From: an uncultured Verrucomicrobiota bacterium
GTDB lineage: Bacteria; Verrucomicrobiota; Verrucomicrobiia; Limisphaerales; AAA164-E04
NCBI GenBank assembly: GCA_964415055.1
Contig: CAYPZD010000004.1
Location: 3,260 to 67,259, forward strand
Direction of reading: 5' to 3'
Length of the DNA: 64,000 bases
The position numbers and the translations under genes are program-made. Shown here one piece after another: positions 24,904 through 34,560 of the stretch. The notes under the pieces are model-generated. The model was not told the DNA's origin, searched no databases, and was given only the letters and a program-made list of their open reading frames with translations. How positions within the stretch are numbered: position 1 is the stretch's first letter; every line of letters starts with the position of its first letter.

Positions 24904-27900
24904 GGGGTGCCTCCATTCTGTGTGGATGGATTGGCGGTTGCCGGAGGGGTGAGTTGTTCCAGTTTTTGGAAGTAAGCTTCAAAGGAACTGCGAAACTCGA
25001 CAGGTAAATTGGCGGCCTGACCGCTGCCGCGGGACACGCTGCGCGATTCGCCTTCGTTTCCATCGTCCTTACCGCCAGGGTTGGAAGATTCCTGATTGGT
25101 ATCGCCTCCGGCGGTGCTGCCTCCGCCGGTCTGACTGTTGGCCTGTTCACCCATGCCCTGACTGGCCATCATCATCTGCATCATAAAGGACATCGCCTGA
25201 CTTGCGCTGGAGGAACTGCTGCTTTGTTGAGATTGTTCGTTCAGAATATTAATCAGATCGGTCAAGGCGTGAACGGAATCGGTTTCCGGCTTGACCGCTC
25301 GGTCATCGGTTTGCCCTCTGGCCAGTGCGTCGGCTGCATTCCCCATGTGAGAGTGAACCTCTTCAAAGATGGGATCCAGGAAGGGCATCGGCAGTTCGGC
25401 CCGGACATCGAGCACTTTTTCCTGCATGTCACTTTGTTGTTGGCTGAGTTCCTTTGCCTTTTCGATGGTGATTTCGGGAGCGGAGGACTGTTGTCGTTCC
25501 AGCAGCTTTGTTTGCATGCGCAGATTCAGTTCTCCTTCGCGGGTTCGCAACAAGGCCATCAACTGTTCCGTGAAATCCTGTTGCTCGCCCTCACCACCAC
25601 CGCCTTCACCGCCGCCGCCACCTTCGGAATCCTGTTCAGGCTCCAGGTGCTTGGCCCAATCTTCAAATTGTTTGGCCCAGGCCGCCACTTGATCGGCTGC
25701 TTCCATGGTGATGTTTTTGAGGATGAGTTCGCGGGAGGATATCAGTCCTTCTTCGGTCTGTTTTTCTTTCATTTCTTCGCTGACCTCGCCGTAAGGCTCT
25801 TTTTGGGTGCGTTCGAAGAATCGACCGATTTCTTCCTGAAGTTCTTTGGATTGCGCTGCGGTTTCGTTCTGAGTTTCCCCGAGCTTGTCATGCAGCGCAC
25901 GCCAGCGTGGGGCCAGTTCGTCAGGGAACAGGCCAATGGTGTCCTCGGCTCCTTCCATCAGGGTTGCCTCAAGTTCGGTTTCGACCCGACTCAAAGAGCG
26001 AAGCCGTTGGGCCAGAGTCAAGGCCTGCAACTGATCCAGATCCTCATTCACCATCGCTTGGAGAGCTTCAAGGCTTTCCATGATTTCCTGCTCCGTTTGC
26101 TGGGCTTCCTGCATCGCTTGCTGTGCGCTTTGGGAGGCAGAGCTCTGAGATGATTGAGAACTTTGGGAGGACTGTGAGCTTTGCGAACTCTGTGAAGCTT
26201 GGGACGCTTCGGCGGCTTCACTCAGGGATTGTGCGGCTTGTTGCATTTGTTCGTTGGCCAACTGCTGCATTTCACTGAGGGTCTTCGACCATTCGGACAT
26301 GACTTCATCGGTGAACGCCGGATTGCGCATGCCTTCGCGCAAGGTTTCCATTCCCTTTCGGGCGAGTTCGGCCAGTTGGGCGGCATTCAGTTTTTGGTCG
26401 GTTGCCTGGTCTTCCAGGCGCGATGCCAGGTCTTCGGGGGAAAGATTGTCCATGTCCGCCAGAGCTTCGTCGGTTGCTCCAGCGATGGATTGTTCCAGCC
26501 GGGATACATCTTCCAGTTGAGTCAGGAGCGCTTCGAGTTCCTGACGCACACGTTCGGCATGTTCGACCGAACTGACAATGTGGATGCGGTAGACTGGGGT
26601 TTCGGTTGGCGTGCGATCCGGATAGAAATCAGTGACGAAGCCGGTCAATTCCACCACATCACCCGGAGCAACGTCATATAGGTTGGGGCTAAAATAGAAA
26701 GATACCTTGAGTTCTTGCTGGGAAGCATTCAGGGCGCCGTCCCTGAAATCGAAATTCAAAGTGTCTTCCGAGGGTTGGATGCCATTCATCGTTTCCCAGT
26801 TGATGCCAAATTCGTTGACCCCGAAGTCGTCGCGCACTTCGGTTTTGAGTTCGAGTGCTTCCGTTTCCAGAATGGCCATTTCTCGCGCCATTTCGGGGAA
26901 CTGAAACGATGGTGCCTGGTCTTCTCGTTGACGGATGCTCAGGTTCCAGGGTTGTGCGTTGGTGAATCCGAATTGATCTTTCCATCCCAAACCGGCTTCG
27001 TACACGTCGGTGGATTCCATCCAGTCTGTTGAAAAACTGGCGTCTTCAATGCTTACCGGCGCCAGTTCAAGTTGTCCCCACTGGAGGTTCACTGATTGCA
27101 GTTCACGATTGATGGTTCCTTTCAGTTGCACCTTGGAACCTTTTAGCAGGTCCAGGCCCCCTGAAGTGACGTCCGAGGTTTCATCGTCGTGCTTCAGATA
27201 GTCCGGCATGCGGATGCTGGCCTGCAGCGATGCCAGGGTGGGGCGTTGCATCGGTGTGACGGTAGATTGAGCCGATCCGTCTCCCACGCTGACCTGCATG
27301 GCTGTTTCTTTGAATTGACCGGGAATCTCGAGACGAATGTGATTGTCTTCAACTTTCCCGGTGACCTCGTAGCCTGATTCCAGTTGAACGGTGACTTGAT
27401 CCGGTTTCCAGAAGGAAAGGTAATTGACCTTGGCTTCCATCCAGAATGGTTCACCCCGGATGGTGAGGTGTTCCTCCGTCAACGGCTCCACCGTGACAAG
27501 TGTATAACGGGGAGTGGCTCCACCCGGGTTGATCCATCTGCTGAGGGCGTTTGAGAAAGCTCCCGGCAGGAGGACGAGCAAGATGAGGGATGCTGCGGCA
27601 AGAAGTATGGATGTGAAACCCAGTCTGCGAAGCCATGTGTGGGAGATGGCCAGGGTGAAATTGCAGTTTTTGGCATCCGCGTCCACTTGTTGGACGGCCG
27701 CTTCGTAGAGTTCCTCGGAATAATTGGTTTCGTCCGATGAGTCTTCGGTCAGCTCAACAATTCCGAGCAAACGATCACCCAGTATACGATAACGCCGCTG
27801 GACGAGTCTGGAGTAGTCCCGCAGGTTCCGTTCTGCAATCAACCATCGCCATCCCCACCAGCCAATCGCCAAACCCATGATGGTTAAAGCTCCCAGAAGC

Positions 27901-28109
27901 AGCACCCCGCGCACCATGCTCGGCGTGTCCTGCCATCGGTCGAGGACGAACACGCAAAGGAAAGAAAACAAACAGGCAAACACGCACCAGACACCGCAAA
28001 GCGCCAGCTCGGCACGCCAGAGCTTCGCCTTCAGTTCGGCGAATTGCCCTTGAAGTCGTTCCGGCAAATGATGCGGTTCGATGGGTTGTTTGCTGTTCAC
28101 TCTCTGCAT
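24900..28109 (-). CDS. Large membrane-anchored coiled-coil/low-complexity protein (DUF4175/TIGR02302-like, tentative)
   Basis: 1069 aa. Three to four N-terminal TM segments are followed by a beta-rich region. Then comes a long E/Q/L-rich helical region containing an (SQS)n run, a G/E run and an S/G/Q-rich C-terminus. The start of the downstream gene (23893-24903) overlaps this gene's stop by ATGA. Confidence 0.65.
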   Translation of the reverse strand: MQRVNSKQPIEPHHLPERLQGQFAELKAKLWRAELALCGVWCVFACLFSFLCVFVLDRWQDTPSMVRGVLLLGALTIMGLAIGWWGWRWLIAERNLRDYSRLVQRRYRILGDRLLGIVELTEDSSDETNYSEELYEAAVQQVDADAKNCNFTLAISHTWLRRLGFTSILLAAASLILLVLLPGAFSNALSRWINPGGATPRYTLVTVEPLTEEHLTIRGEPFWMEAKVNYLSFWKPDQVTVQLESGYEVTGKVEDNHIRLEIPGQFKETAMQVSVGDGSAQSTVTPMQRPTLASLQASIRMPDYLKHDDETSDVTSGGLDLLKGSKVQLKGTINRELQSVNLQWGQLELAPVSIEDASFSTDWMESTDVYEAGLGWKDQFGFTNAQPWNLSIRQREDQAPSFQFPEMAREMAILETEALELKTEVRDDFGVNEFGINWETMNGIQPSEDTLNFDFRDGALNASQQELKVSFYFSPNLYDVAPGDVVELTGFVTDFYPDRTPTETPVYRIHIVSSVEHAERVRQELEALLTQLEDVSRLEQSIAGATDEALADMDNLSPEDLASRLEDQATDQKLNAAQLAELARKGMETLREGMRNPAFTDEVMSEWSKTLSEMQQLANEQMQQAAQSLSEAAEASQASQSSQSSQSSQSSQSSQSSASQSAQQAMQEAQQTEQEIMESLEALQAMVNEDLDQLQALTLAQRLRSLSRVETELEATLMEGAEDTIGLFPDELAPRWRALHDKLGETQNETAAQSKELQEEIGRFFERTQKEPYGEVSEEMKEKQTEEGLISSRELILKNITMEAADQVAAWAKQFEDWAKHLEPEQDSEGGGGGEGGGGEGEQQDFTEQLMALLRTREGELNLRMQTKLLERQQSSAPEITIEKAKELSQQQSDMQEKVLDVRAELPMPFLDPIFEEVHSHMGNAADALARGQTDDRAVKPETDSVHALTDLINILNEQSQQSSSSSSASQAMSFMMQMMMASQGMGEQANSQTGGGSTAGGDTNQESSNPGGKDDGNEGESRSVSRGSGQAANLPVEFRSSFEAYFQKLEQLTPPATANPSTQNGGTP

Positions 28110-28179
28110 ACTGCTTTAGGTGTTCCGGTTCGTCAAATATGCTTCATTGGGTTCTGGTTGAATTTCAATACTTCCAACA

Positions 28180-30381
28180 CTATACCAATCCGAAATATTT
28201 CCTTCCGATCCAATAAATGGACATCAATCCCAACAACAATCCGCCCCACGCAGGGTGTGACCAGAGTCGAAAGCGGATTTCAATGGGTTTGGGTTCCGGG
28301 AGCACCGAGATTTGTTCGATCAGGGATTTTAATCCCGAGGTGTCCACTTTCTTGCCCCGGGAGACTCTGGTTAATTCCTCCAGAACATCTCCGCGTGCGG
28401 GTTGACCGATCTTTTCCACCACCGGACGCAACACTTCGATCCGTGTTTCCAGCTTCCGATCTTCATCCGGAGCTTGAATATCCATGACATGAATGCCGGA
28501 TTCGCGTGCTTCCATGGTCGCATGAAAGACGCCCCAACCACCTTCCTCCGCTTCCATTTGAAACGTCTCCTTGCGCCCGCTGGGGTGGGTGATGGTTGCG
28601 GACACTTTGCCTTCCTGTAGAGGATAACCGCTCCGATCCATGACACTTGCGCTAAGGTAAACCGTTTGTCCCATTTCTGGTTTTTCCGGGGTGTAGGTCA
28701 GCCGGATGCCTTCATCTTCCGAAATGTGTCTTTGATGTGCCATCCAGCGGACGACCTGACTCCAGAAGCGATAATGGTAGAGGTCCTCCACACCCCGACG
28801 CCAGCGCCAGGCGCTGTCGGTGCCCATGAACAAAACTTTGCCATTACCGAACGGTCGGATCGCGAGGAGGGGAATGCGTCCCCAATTGTTTCGGATGGAA
28901 TCATGCACGGCCAGGATCTCGGAACCCGGTCTGCCTTTCTCCACGGCGGTGGACCAGTAAAAGCCGGGAAGTTGACGCCACAGTTCAGTGTTGCGTTCTG
29001 AGGAAATGTCGAACCTTGTCAGCCAATGGCCGGAACCCAGTCGGGTCAAGGCCAGTTGTGCTTCGTTTTGGAGTCCGATGCCTTCGGGACGCTCTAGATC
29101 GAATTGAACCGGGATCATTTCCTCAATCGCAGAGTCCAACCAGGTGGTGTGTCGACCGCGTCGGCCGGGCATCAGGACGAGCCCCCCTGCCTGCTGTTCG
29201 ACGAGTCCGCGGATCAATTCGGCATCTTCGGCCGTTAATCCGCTTTCACCAATGCCGACGTCTCCCAGAAAAACAACGTCATAGGGGGCGATCAGGTCTT
29301 TGCTGTTGGGAAACTGGCTCAGATAATGACGTCCACCACCCATGCCGCCCTGCGGGTGAAACAACAGACAGGACATGTCCACGCCCGGGTCACGCTCCAA
29401 GGCGTTGCGGAGGTAACGGTATTCCCATCGCGGGTAGGAATCGATGACCAGCACCTTGAGGGTTTCCATGCGGATGTTGATGGAAAATTGAGCATCATTG
29501 TTGTCCGGCAATGCTTCGCCTTCCTGAACTGGCAGGGACAAGGTCAATGACCGTTCCCCGACTTTCTGTGGCGACCAGACAATGGTCTCCTGAAGATCGG
29601 TGGAAGCCGGCAGTATGATTTCCTTTTCGGCCACGATCTCGCCTTCGTCGCTGAGGGTGGCGGTGAAGGTGAAGTCTTTCTGCATGCGGTTGTGCGCGTG
29701 GAATGGAATGGAAATCTGTTCACCCATTAAACCGTAAGCCGGGGCGCTCACCGTGGATAATTCGATATCAGGCAGAGGTGTTTCGCGACCGACCTGCACC
29801 GCGAAGACCGGGACGGAGTGATTGCGATACTGAGCTCCTGCAAGAGCGGGGGAATCACCAAGATTCCAGTCGCCGTCGGAGATGAGCAAAACAGCCTTGA
29901 GATTGGATTCTCGCTGTAGCACCGATTCGAGAGCACGGTTGATGTCGGTACCTTCAACGGTGATGTCTTCGAGGTCTTCACCTTGTTCGGAAGGCGGTTC
30001 GGCAAAGGCGTCCACCATGAGTCGTGAAGTGGATTCGAGAGGTTCGAGCAGATCGGAGGCCAGCTGTTCGCTGACCCATTCCCCTCGGGAAATAACCTGG
30101 TTGGTGTGAATGACGTCGCGGGTTGTCATGCTTGCTGAGACATCGTTCAACACAACGACCGCCGGTTCTTCAGCCCATTCAACCACTTGAATGCGTTCCG
30201 GACGCAACAACGTGATCAACAGTAGCAAAATGATCAGAACGCGAAAGGCCTCCAAACCCAGGATTTGACGCGATTTTGCATTTGCCACGCATATCCTCCA
30301 GGAAAACCATAGCGCAAGCCCGCCCATGACAAGAGCCATGAGAATAAGCAGCGGAGAACTGGCAAAGGTCCAATGGCTCAT
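28180..30381 (-). CDS. Membrane vWA-domain protein with GATase1-like (ThuA/DUF1355-type) domain
   Basis: 733 aa with N-terminal TM segments and a MIDAS-like VVVLNDVSASMT. The later LKVLVIDSYPRWEYRYL...GGLVLMPG region resembles Bat-operon GATase1-like domains. There is a C-terminal TM anchor. The start overlaps the upstream stop by ATGA. Confidence 0.7.
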   Translation of the reverse strand: MSHWTFASSPLLILMALVMGGLALWFSWRICVANAKSRQILGLEAFRVLIILLLLITLLRPERIQVVEWAEEPAVVVLNDVSASMTTRDVIHTNQVISRGEWVSEQLASDLLEPLESTSRLMVDAFAEPPSEQGEDLEDITVEGTDINRALESVLQRESNLKAVLLISDGDWNLGDSPALAGAQYRNHSVPVFAVQVGRETPLPDIELSTVSAPAYGLMGEQISIPFHAHNRMQKDFTFTATLSDEGEIVAEKEIILPASTDLQETIVWSPQKVGERSLTLSLPVQEGEALPDNNDAQFSINIRMETLKVLVIDSYPRWEYRYLRNALERDPGVDMSCLLFHPQGGMGGGRHYLSQFPNSKDLIAPYDVVFLGDVGIGESGLTAEDAELIRGLVEQQAGGLVLMPGRRGRHTTWLDSAIEEMIPVQFDLERPEGIGLQNEAQLALTRLGSGHWLTRFDISSERNTELWRQLPGFYWSTAVEKGRPGSEILAVHDSIRNNWGRIPLLAIRPFGNGKVLFMGTDSAWRWRRGVEDLYHYRFWSQVVRWMAHQRHISEDEGIRLTYTPEKPEMGQTVYLSASVMDRSGYPLQEGKVSATITHPSGRKETFQMEAEEGGWGVFHATMEARESGIHVMDIQAPDEDRKLETRIEVLRPVVEKIGQPARGDVLEELTRVSRGKKVDTSGLKSLIEQISVLPEPKPIEIRFRLWSHPAWGGLLLGLMSIYWIGRKYFGLV

Positions 30382-32396
30382 GATGCGGTTCCTGCGGTTG
30401 AAGGTTGTGCTTTCTTCAGAAAGGCGGCCTGGGCTACAGTGCCCGGCCCGGTCATCATTAGCCAGCTTTCCACCAGCAGGAACAGCAACATTAGGAACAC
30501 GAACACGCGCCAGACCTCACCCTGCAGTTTGGAATCTCCCTGGCCCGCTTTTTCCTGAAACATCTGAAAGTTCTGTCCTTCAAAGAGGGGGGCCACTTCC
30601 TCCTGCGTCGTGATGGTGAGATCATATTCGGATGCCGGGGTGTTGACGGCGGCCAGACGCTCTCCCAGTCGATAAACTCCGGCGTGCCAGGCCATCTGGT
30701 GTTCCGATCCTTCATCAACCGGTTGCCAACCTGCTTCCAGATCGATTTCGCTGATCTCACCGCAGGTCCAGTAAAGTGTGCTTTCCAGTCTTCGGGTTCC
30801 GTCCTGACTCATGCGTTGCAGCATGGGGAGCAGCACGGGGCCTTGGTCCAATCCAGACCAGTCTCCGATCGGGAGTGTGGTCACAAAATAGATCGAACCT
30901 TGTCCGACCTTTTGATGCACCAACAAGGGTTCGCCATCGGAAAAGGCGGCCATTACGCTGTCGCTATGCTGAATCCGGCGTCTTTTCAGCACTTCCAATT
31001 GATCCAGTGGAATACTGAAACCTTCATTGGTATCCGCCAAAGGTCCGGTATCCTTTTCCCATCTGCCAACGACAAAAGATCCAAAGTTGGGGGCGGTTTC
31101 CATATCCATCCAACGCGCGCCTGCAAAGGTGGTGTCGCTGTTATTGGGGAAATAATCCGGGAAACACACCACCACGCCGCCTTCCGTGGCAAACTGCATC
31201 AATTGGGTGGCCTGATCCCCCTTGGGGAGTTCGCCCTGCCAGGTGATCAATGAAATGTCTTTTGCTTGAAGGGTGTTTCCGGACGGGCGCGTTTTCAGTT
31301 CGGCAGGTTCGAGGTTGCCGGCGTTGATGTGTCCCGAAGCCAGAGATAGCACATTGCCAACATAAGTGTGAGCGGCAAAGGCCAGCGCCCGATGTGACAG
31401 TGCCTTGCCGAAGACGAAATGGACCGCGTTGTTTCGGGTGTTGCCGTCGGCGGGAAGGGTCAGGGTCCCCCAGCCGGCATCCTGTTCCGATCCCAGATCC
31501 CATTGATCCTGCCAGCGGACTTGCGCCGCTTCCATCGGGATTTCGACGCCGGAGGATAATCCGTTGATCGTGCGGGTCGCGATGAGTGTTTCTTCTGCGA
31601 GTTTGCTCTGAATGACATCCGTCACCAATCTCAAGGATCTGCCTTCTTCCGTTTTCGTGACTGTAAGATCGGCCAACTGCACCCCGACATCCTGTTCTGT
31701 CTGTTCGTTGACAGCGAGCAACCGGAATCTCAAGGATTGGGGAAGGTTTTCAAATTGTTTCATCAACGAACTCCAACGATCATCGGTCGGCTGCCAGTTG
31801 GAACGTTGAAGGTCGGAGGCAATCCACACTTCGGTGGTGCCCGCCTGGTTGTCGATCAGCCATTGCAGTGAGCGTTGCAACAGGGAGGGAATGTTGGCCG
31901 CTGTGTCGGTGGGTTCGGCCATGGCATGTTCCTTGAGTTCCTCCATGTTGGTAACGGTTTGGGCGGAGGAAGAGGCGCTGTCGATCAGCACGAAATGAGA
32001 ATGACCGATATACGCGGTCGCGGCTTGTTCCAGTAATTCCAGCGCTTGTTCACGTCGGGACAGGGAAGTGGCCGCCAGTCTGGTTTCCATGCTTGAGGAA
32101 CGGTCCAGCAAGATCAAAACCGTATCGGGCGCCGACGCGAAGGCCCATCCCATCCAGCCGCCGGAGAGGGGGCGCGCCAGGAACAAGATCAACATCAATA
32201 CCGCCAAGGTGCGAAACAGCAGGATTAGGAATTGTTTGAGTTTTGCCTTGCTGACAGAGCTTCGCGAAGCGGCGACCAGAAAGCGCATGGCAGCCCATTG
32301 TTGTGTGCGATGACGCAGGCGATTCAGGAGATGGATCACCACCGGCACCAGTATCAGGGGCAATCCAAAGAGTAGTATGGGCTGGAGGAATGTCAT
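30378..32396 (-). CDS. BatA-type protein: N-terminal double-transmembrane (aerotolerance-regulator N-terminal) domain + vWA-like domain
   Basis: 672 aa. MTFLQPILLFGLPLILVPVVIHLLNR is the characteristic BatA_N/TIGR02226 start. It also has VLILLDRSSSM (MIDAS-like) and a C-terminal TM anchor. Confidence 0.8.
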   Translation of the reverse strand: MTFLQPILLFGLPLILVPVVIHLLNRLRHRTQQWAAMRFLVAASRSSVSKAKLKQFLILLFRTLAVLMLILFLARPLSGGWMGWAFASAPDTVLILLDRSSSMETRLAATSLSRREQALELLEQAATAYIGHSHFVLIDSASSSAQTVTNMEELKEHAMAEPTDTAANIPSLLQRSLQWLIDNQAGTTEVWIASDLQRSNWQPTDDRWSSLMKQFENLPQSLRFRLLAVNEQTEQDVGVQLADLTVTKTEEGRSLRLVTDVIQSKLAEETLIATRTINGLSSGVEIPMEAAQVRWQDQWDLGSEQDAGWGTLTLPADGNTRNNAVHFVFGKALSHRALAFAAHTYVGNVLSLASGHINAGNLEPAELKTRPSGNTLQAKDISLITWQGELPKGDQATQLMQFATEGGVVVCFPDYFPNNSDTTFAGARWMDMETAPNFGSFVVGRWEKDTGPLADTNEGFSIPLDQLEVLKRRRIQHSDSVMAAFSDGEPLLVHQKVGQGSIYFVTTLPIGDWSGLDQGPVLLPMLQRMSQDGTRRLESTLYWTCGEISEIDLEAGWQPVDEGSEHQMAWHAGVYRLGERLAAVNTPASEYDLTITTQEEVAPLFEGQNFQMFQEKAGQGDSKLQGEVWRVFVFLMLLFLLVESWLMMTGPGTVAQAAFLKKAQPSTAGTAS

Positions 32397-32440
32397 GCGT
32401 GCTGGCTGGTCCGGTCAGATTGAATGTTCAATGCCTCCAT

Positions 32441-33355
32441 TTAACGGAAATTCAGAGCTTTGGCCCGGTCGATCAGAAAATCCGCCAGCACTTTGTCAAA
32501 GGGTTGTGTGGTCATCACCTCGCGGTAATCGCTGTTGCATTCATGACAGCCTCGTTGCAGGGCTGACTGGAACTGTTGGAATTGTTCCAGATAAGCATCC
32601 CGCACCATGGCCGGTTCGGTGACCATGCTGAAACTGCTTTCCAAATCCGCAAAGCGAATGGGACGGTCGAAATTAAAATCCAACTCTTGTCGGTCCAGTA
32701 TGTGAAAGACTCCGACATCGTGCTTTTGAAAGCGCAGGTGTTGCAGCCCGTTGATCAAGGGTTCGATGTCCGTGAAACAATCGGAGAAAATCAACACCAA
32801 TGCCCGGCGTCCCGCTTTTTCGGCGAGCTCATGCAGTGTGTCCGCCAAGCCGGTCTCACCCTTGCCCTTCACTTCGGTCAAAAGATTCAACATCAATTGA
32901 AGATGGGATGGAGTGCGTTTGGGCGGGAGTTCGGTGATTACCTTGGGGCCGACTGTTACCAATCCGGCTGCGTCGCCTTGTTGGACGAGTTGGTAGGCAA
33001 GGTGGGCGATGAGCTTGATGGCGTAATCCAGTTTGCTGCTATCACCACTGGTGAAATTCATGGACCCACTGCAATCCAGCACAAAGTAACAACGCAGGTT
33101 GGTTTCCGCTTCAAATTCTTTCAGGTAATAGCGGTCGGTCCTTCCCAACACTCGCCAGTCCAGACGTCGCAGGTCGTCACCGGGAACATATTGACGGTAT
33201 TCGGCGAACTCGACACTGGATCCGCGATGGGGGCTGCGATGCATCCCCGATACGGAACCTTCCATGGCAAAACGCGCCACCAATGGCTGCGCCGAGAGAC
33301 GGGCTGCCACTTTGGAATCGATCAATCCACTGTGTTTGGGTTCGTTGTCTGCCAT
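32441..33355 (-). CDS. DUF58 domain protein (vWA-like, MoxR partner)
   Basis: 304 aa. GMHRSPHRGSSVEFAEYRQYVPGDDLRRLDWRVLGRTDRYYLKEFEAETN..YFVLDCSGSM is the canonical DUF58 core. Confidence 0.9.
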   Translation of the reverse strand: MADNEPKHSGLIDSKVAARLSAQPLVARFAMEGSVSGMHRSPHRGSSVEFAEYRQYVPGDDLRRLDWRVLGRTDRYYLKEFEAETNLRCYFVLDCSGSMNFTSGDSSKLDYAIKLIAHLAYQLVQQGDAAGLVTVGPKVITELPPKRTPSHLQLMLNLLTEVKGKGETGLADTLHELAEKAGRRALVLIFSDCFTDIEPLINGLQHLRFQKHDVGVFHILDRQELDFNFDRPIRFADLESSFSMVTEPAMVRDAYLEQFQQFQSALQRGCHECNSDYREVMTTQPFDKVLADFLIDRAKALNFR

Positions 33356-33426
33356 GAAATGGTTTTCGTTCCTATCCCCTATGGAATGCTAAGAGCTTCT
33401 TTGACTCCCTGGAAGGATAAGGTGGA

Positions 33427-34461
33427 TCAAGCCTTGTCCCGTTGAAGTTGAACCAGTTGATCGATCACCGATCGACTGGTTGTGCCTTCCGCCTGAGCCT
33501 GGAAATTGGTCAGGATACGGTGGGCCAACACGGGTTCGGCAACCGCTTCCAGATCTTCCAGTCGAGCCATGTAACTGCCCTGTAGCACTGCGCGGGCCTT
33601 GGCTCCTCGAATGAGGTATTGGATCGCGCGCGGACCGGCTCCCCAGGTGACCCACTGTTTGATAAAGGCCGGGGCTTCGTCCGTGTTGGGGCGTGTCTGA
33701 CGCACCATTTCCACAGCCGTATCGTAAATGTGATCCGGCACCGGCACGCGCTGAACCACGTCCTGGAATTTCAGGACTTCCTCGCCATTGATCAGTTTCT
33801 TCAATACGGGCGCAGCTTTGGCGGTTGTTTCCCGGGCAATGCGTTTCTCTTCTTCAGCTGTGGGGTAATCCACATTAATGAAGAACATGAAACGGTCTAA
33901 TTGAGCTTCAGGCAGCGGGTAGGTGCCTTCCTGTTCAATCGGATTCTGGGTGGCCAACACAAAGAAGGGGGAAGGTAGTGTATAAATTCGGCCTGCTGCT
34001 GTGACGCGATGTTCCTGCATGGCCTCCAGCAGCGCCGATTGTGTTTTGGGCGGTGTTCGGTTGATTTCGTCCGCCAGGACGATGTTGGCGAATATTGGGC
34101 CCTTGGTGAACACGAAAGCGCGTTTGCCGGGCTGATCGGTCTCCTGCAGGATGTCGGTGCCGGTGATATCACTCGGCATCAGGTCCGGTGTGAACTGGAT
34201 CCGACTGAAGTCCAGCGACATGACCTGTGACAGGGCGTTGATGATGGTGGTTTTGGCCAGACCTGGAACCCCCATCAGGAGCGCATGACCACGTGCAAGG
34301 ATGCAGATCAGCAGGCGTTCGATGACGTCCTGTTGTCCAATGATCGCCTTGCTGAGTTCGTCGCGCATCTGTTGATACAGATCTCGCAAGTGATTAATGG
34401 CTTCCAAGTCGCCCTCACTGGGCTTGCCTACCTGGTCAAGATTTTTAGGGTCCGTGCTCAT
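33427..34461 (-). CDS. moxR: MoxR-family AAA+ ATPase
   Basis: 344 aa. Walker A GVPGLAKT, Walker B VLADEINR, FFVLATQNPIEQEGTYPLPEAQLDRF and an AAA_lid C-terminus. Confidence 0.93.
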   Translation of the reverse strand: MSTDPKNLDQVGKPSEGDLEAINHLRDLYQQMRDELSKAIIGQQDVIERLLICILARGHALLMGVPGLAKTTIINALSQVMSLDFSRIQFTPDLMPSDITGTDILQETDQPGKRAFVFTKGPIFANIVLADEINRTPPKTQSALLEAMQEHRVTAAGRIYTLPSPFFVLATQNPIEQEGTYPLPEAQLDRFMFFINVDYPTAEEEKRIARETTAKAAPVLKKLINGEEVLKFQDVVQRVPVPDHIYDTAVEMVRQTRPNTDEAPAFIKQWVTWGAGPRAIQYLIRGAKARAVLQGSYMARLEDLEAVAEPVLAHRILTNFQAQAEGTTSRSVIDQLVQLQRDKA

Positions 34462-34560
34462 GAGATAGTGTGACTAATCAAGAGGAGGTTGAGGCGAAGG
34501 TCAATCACCGAATTTTGACCATTGACGGTTTGGGGATTTGTCCTGTTTGATTCCCTTGCA

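Noticed and set aside
25224-26153. 309-aa plus-strand ORF antisense to the coiled-coil protein gene
   Set aside because: It is Leu/Phe/Gly-rich and mirrors the Glu/Gln/Lys-rich coiled-coil codons. It has no start context and interrupts an otherwise tightly coupled minus-strand operon.
26135-26210. Repetitive stretch considered as a possible CRISPR or tandem DNA repeat
   Set aside because: It is in-frame coding (SQS)n low complexity with varied codons. There is no repeat-spacer structure, and no cas genes occur in the window.
32576-33445. 289-aa plus-strand ORF antisense to the DUF58 gene
   Set aside because: The opposite strand encodes the canonical DUF58 core motif, and the antisense product has no recognisable features.
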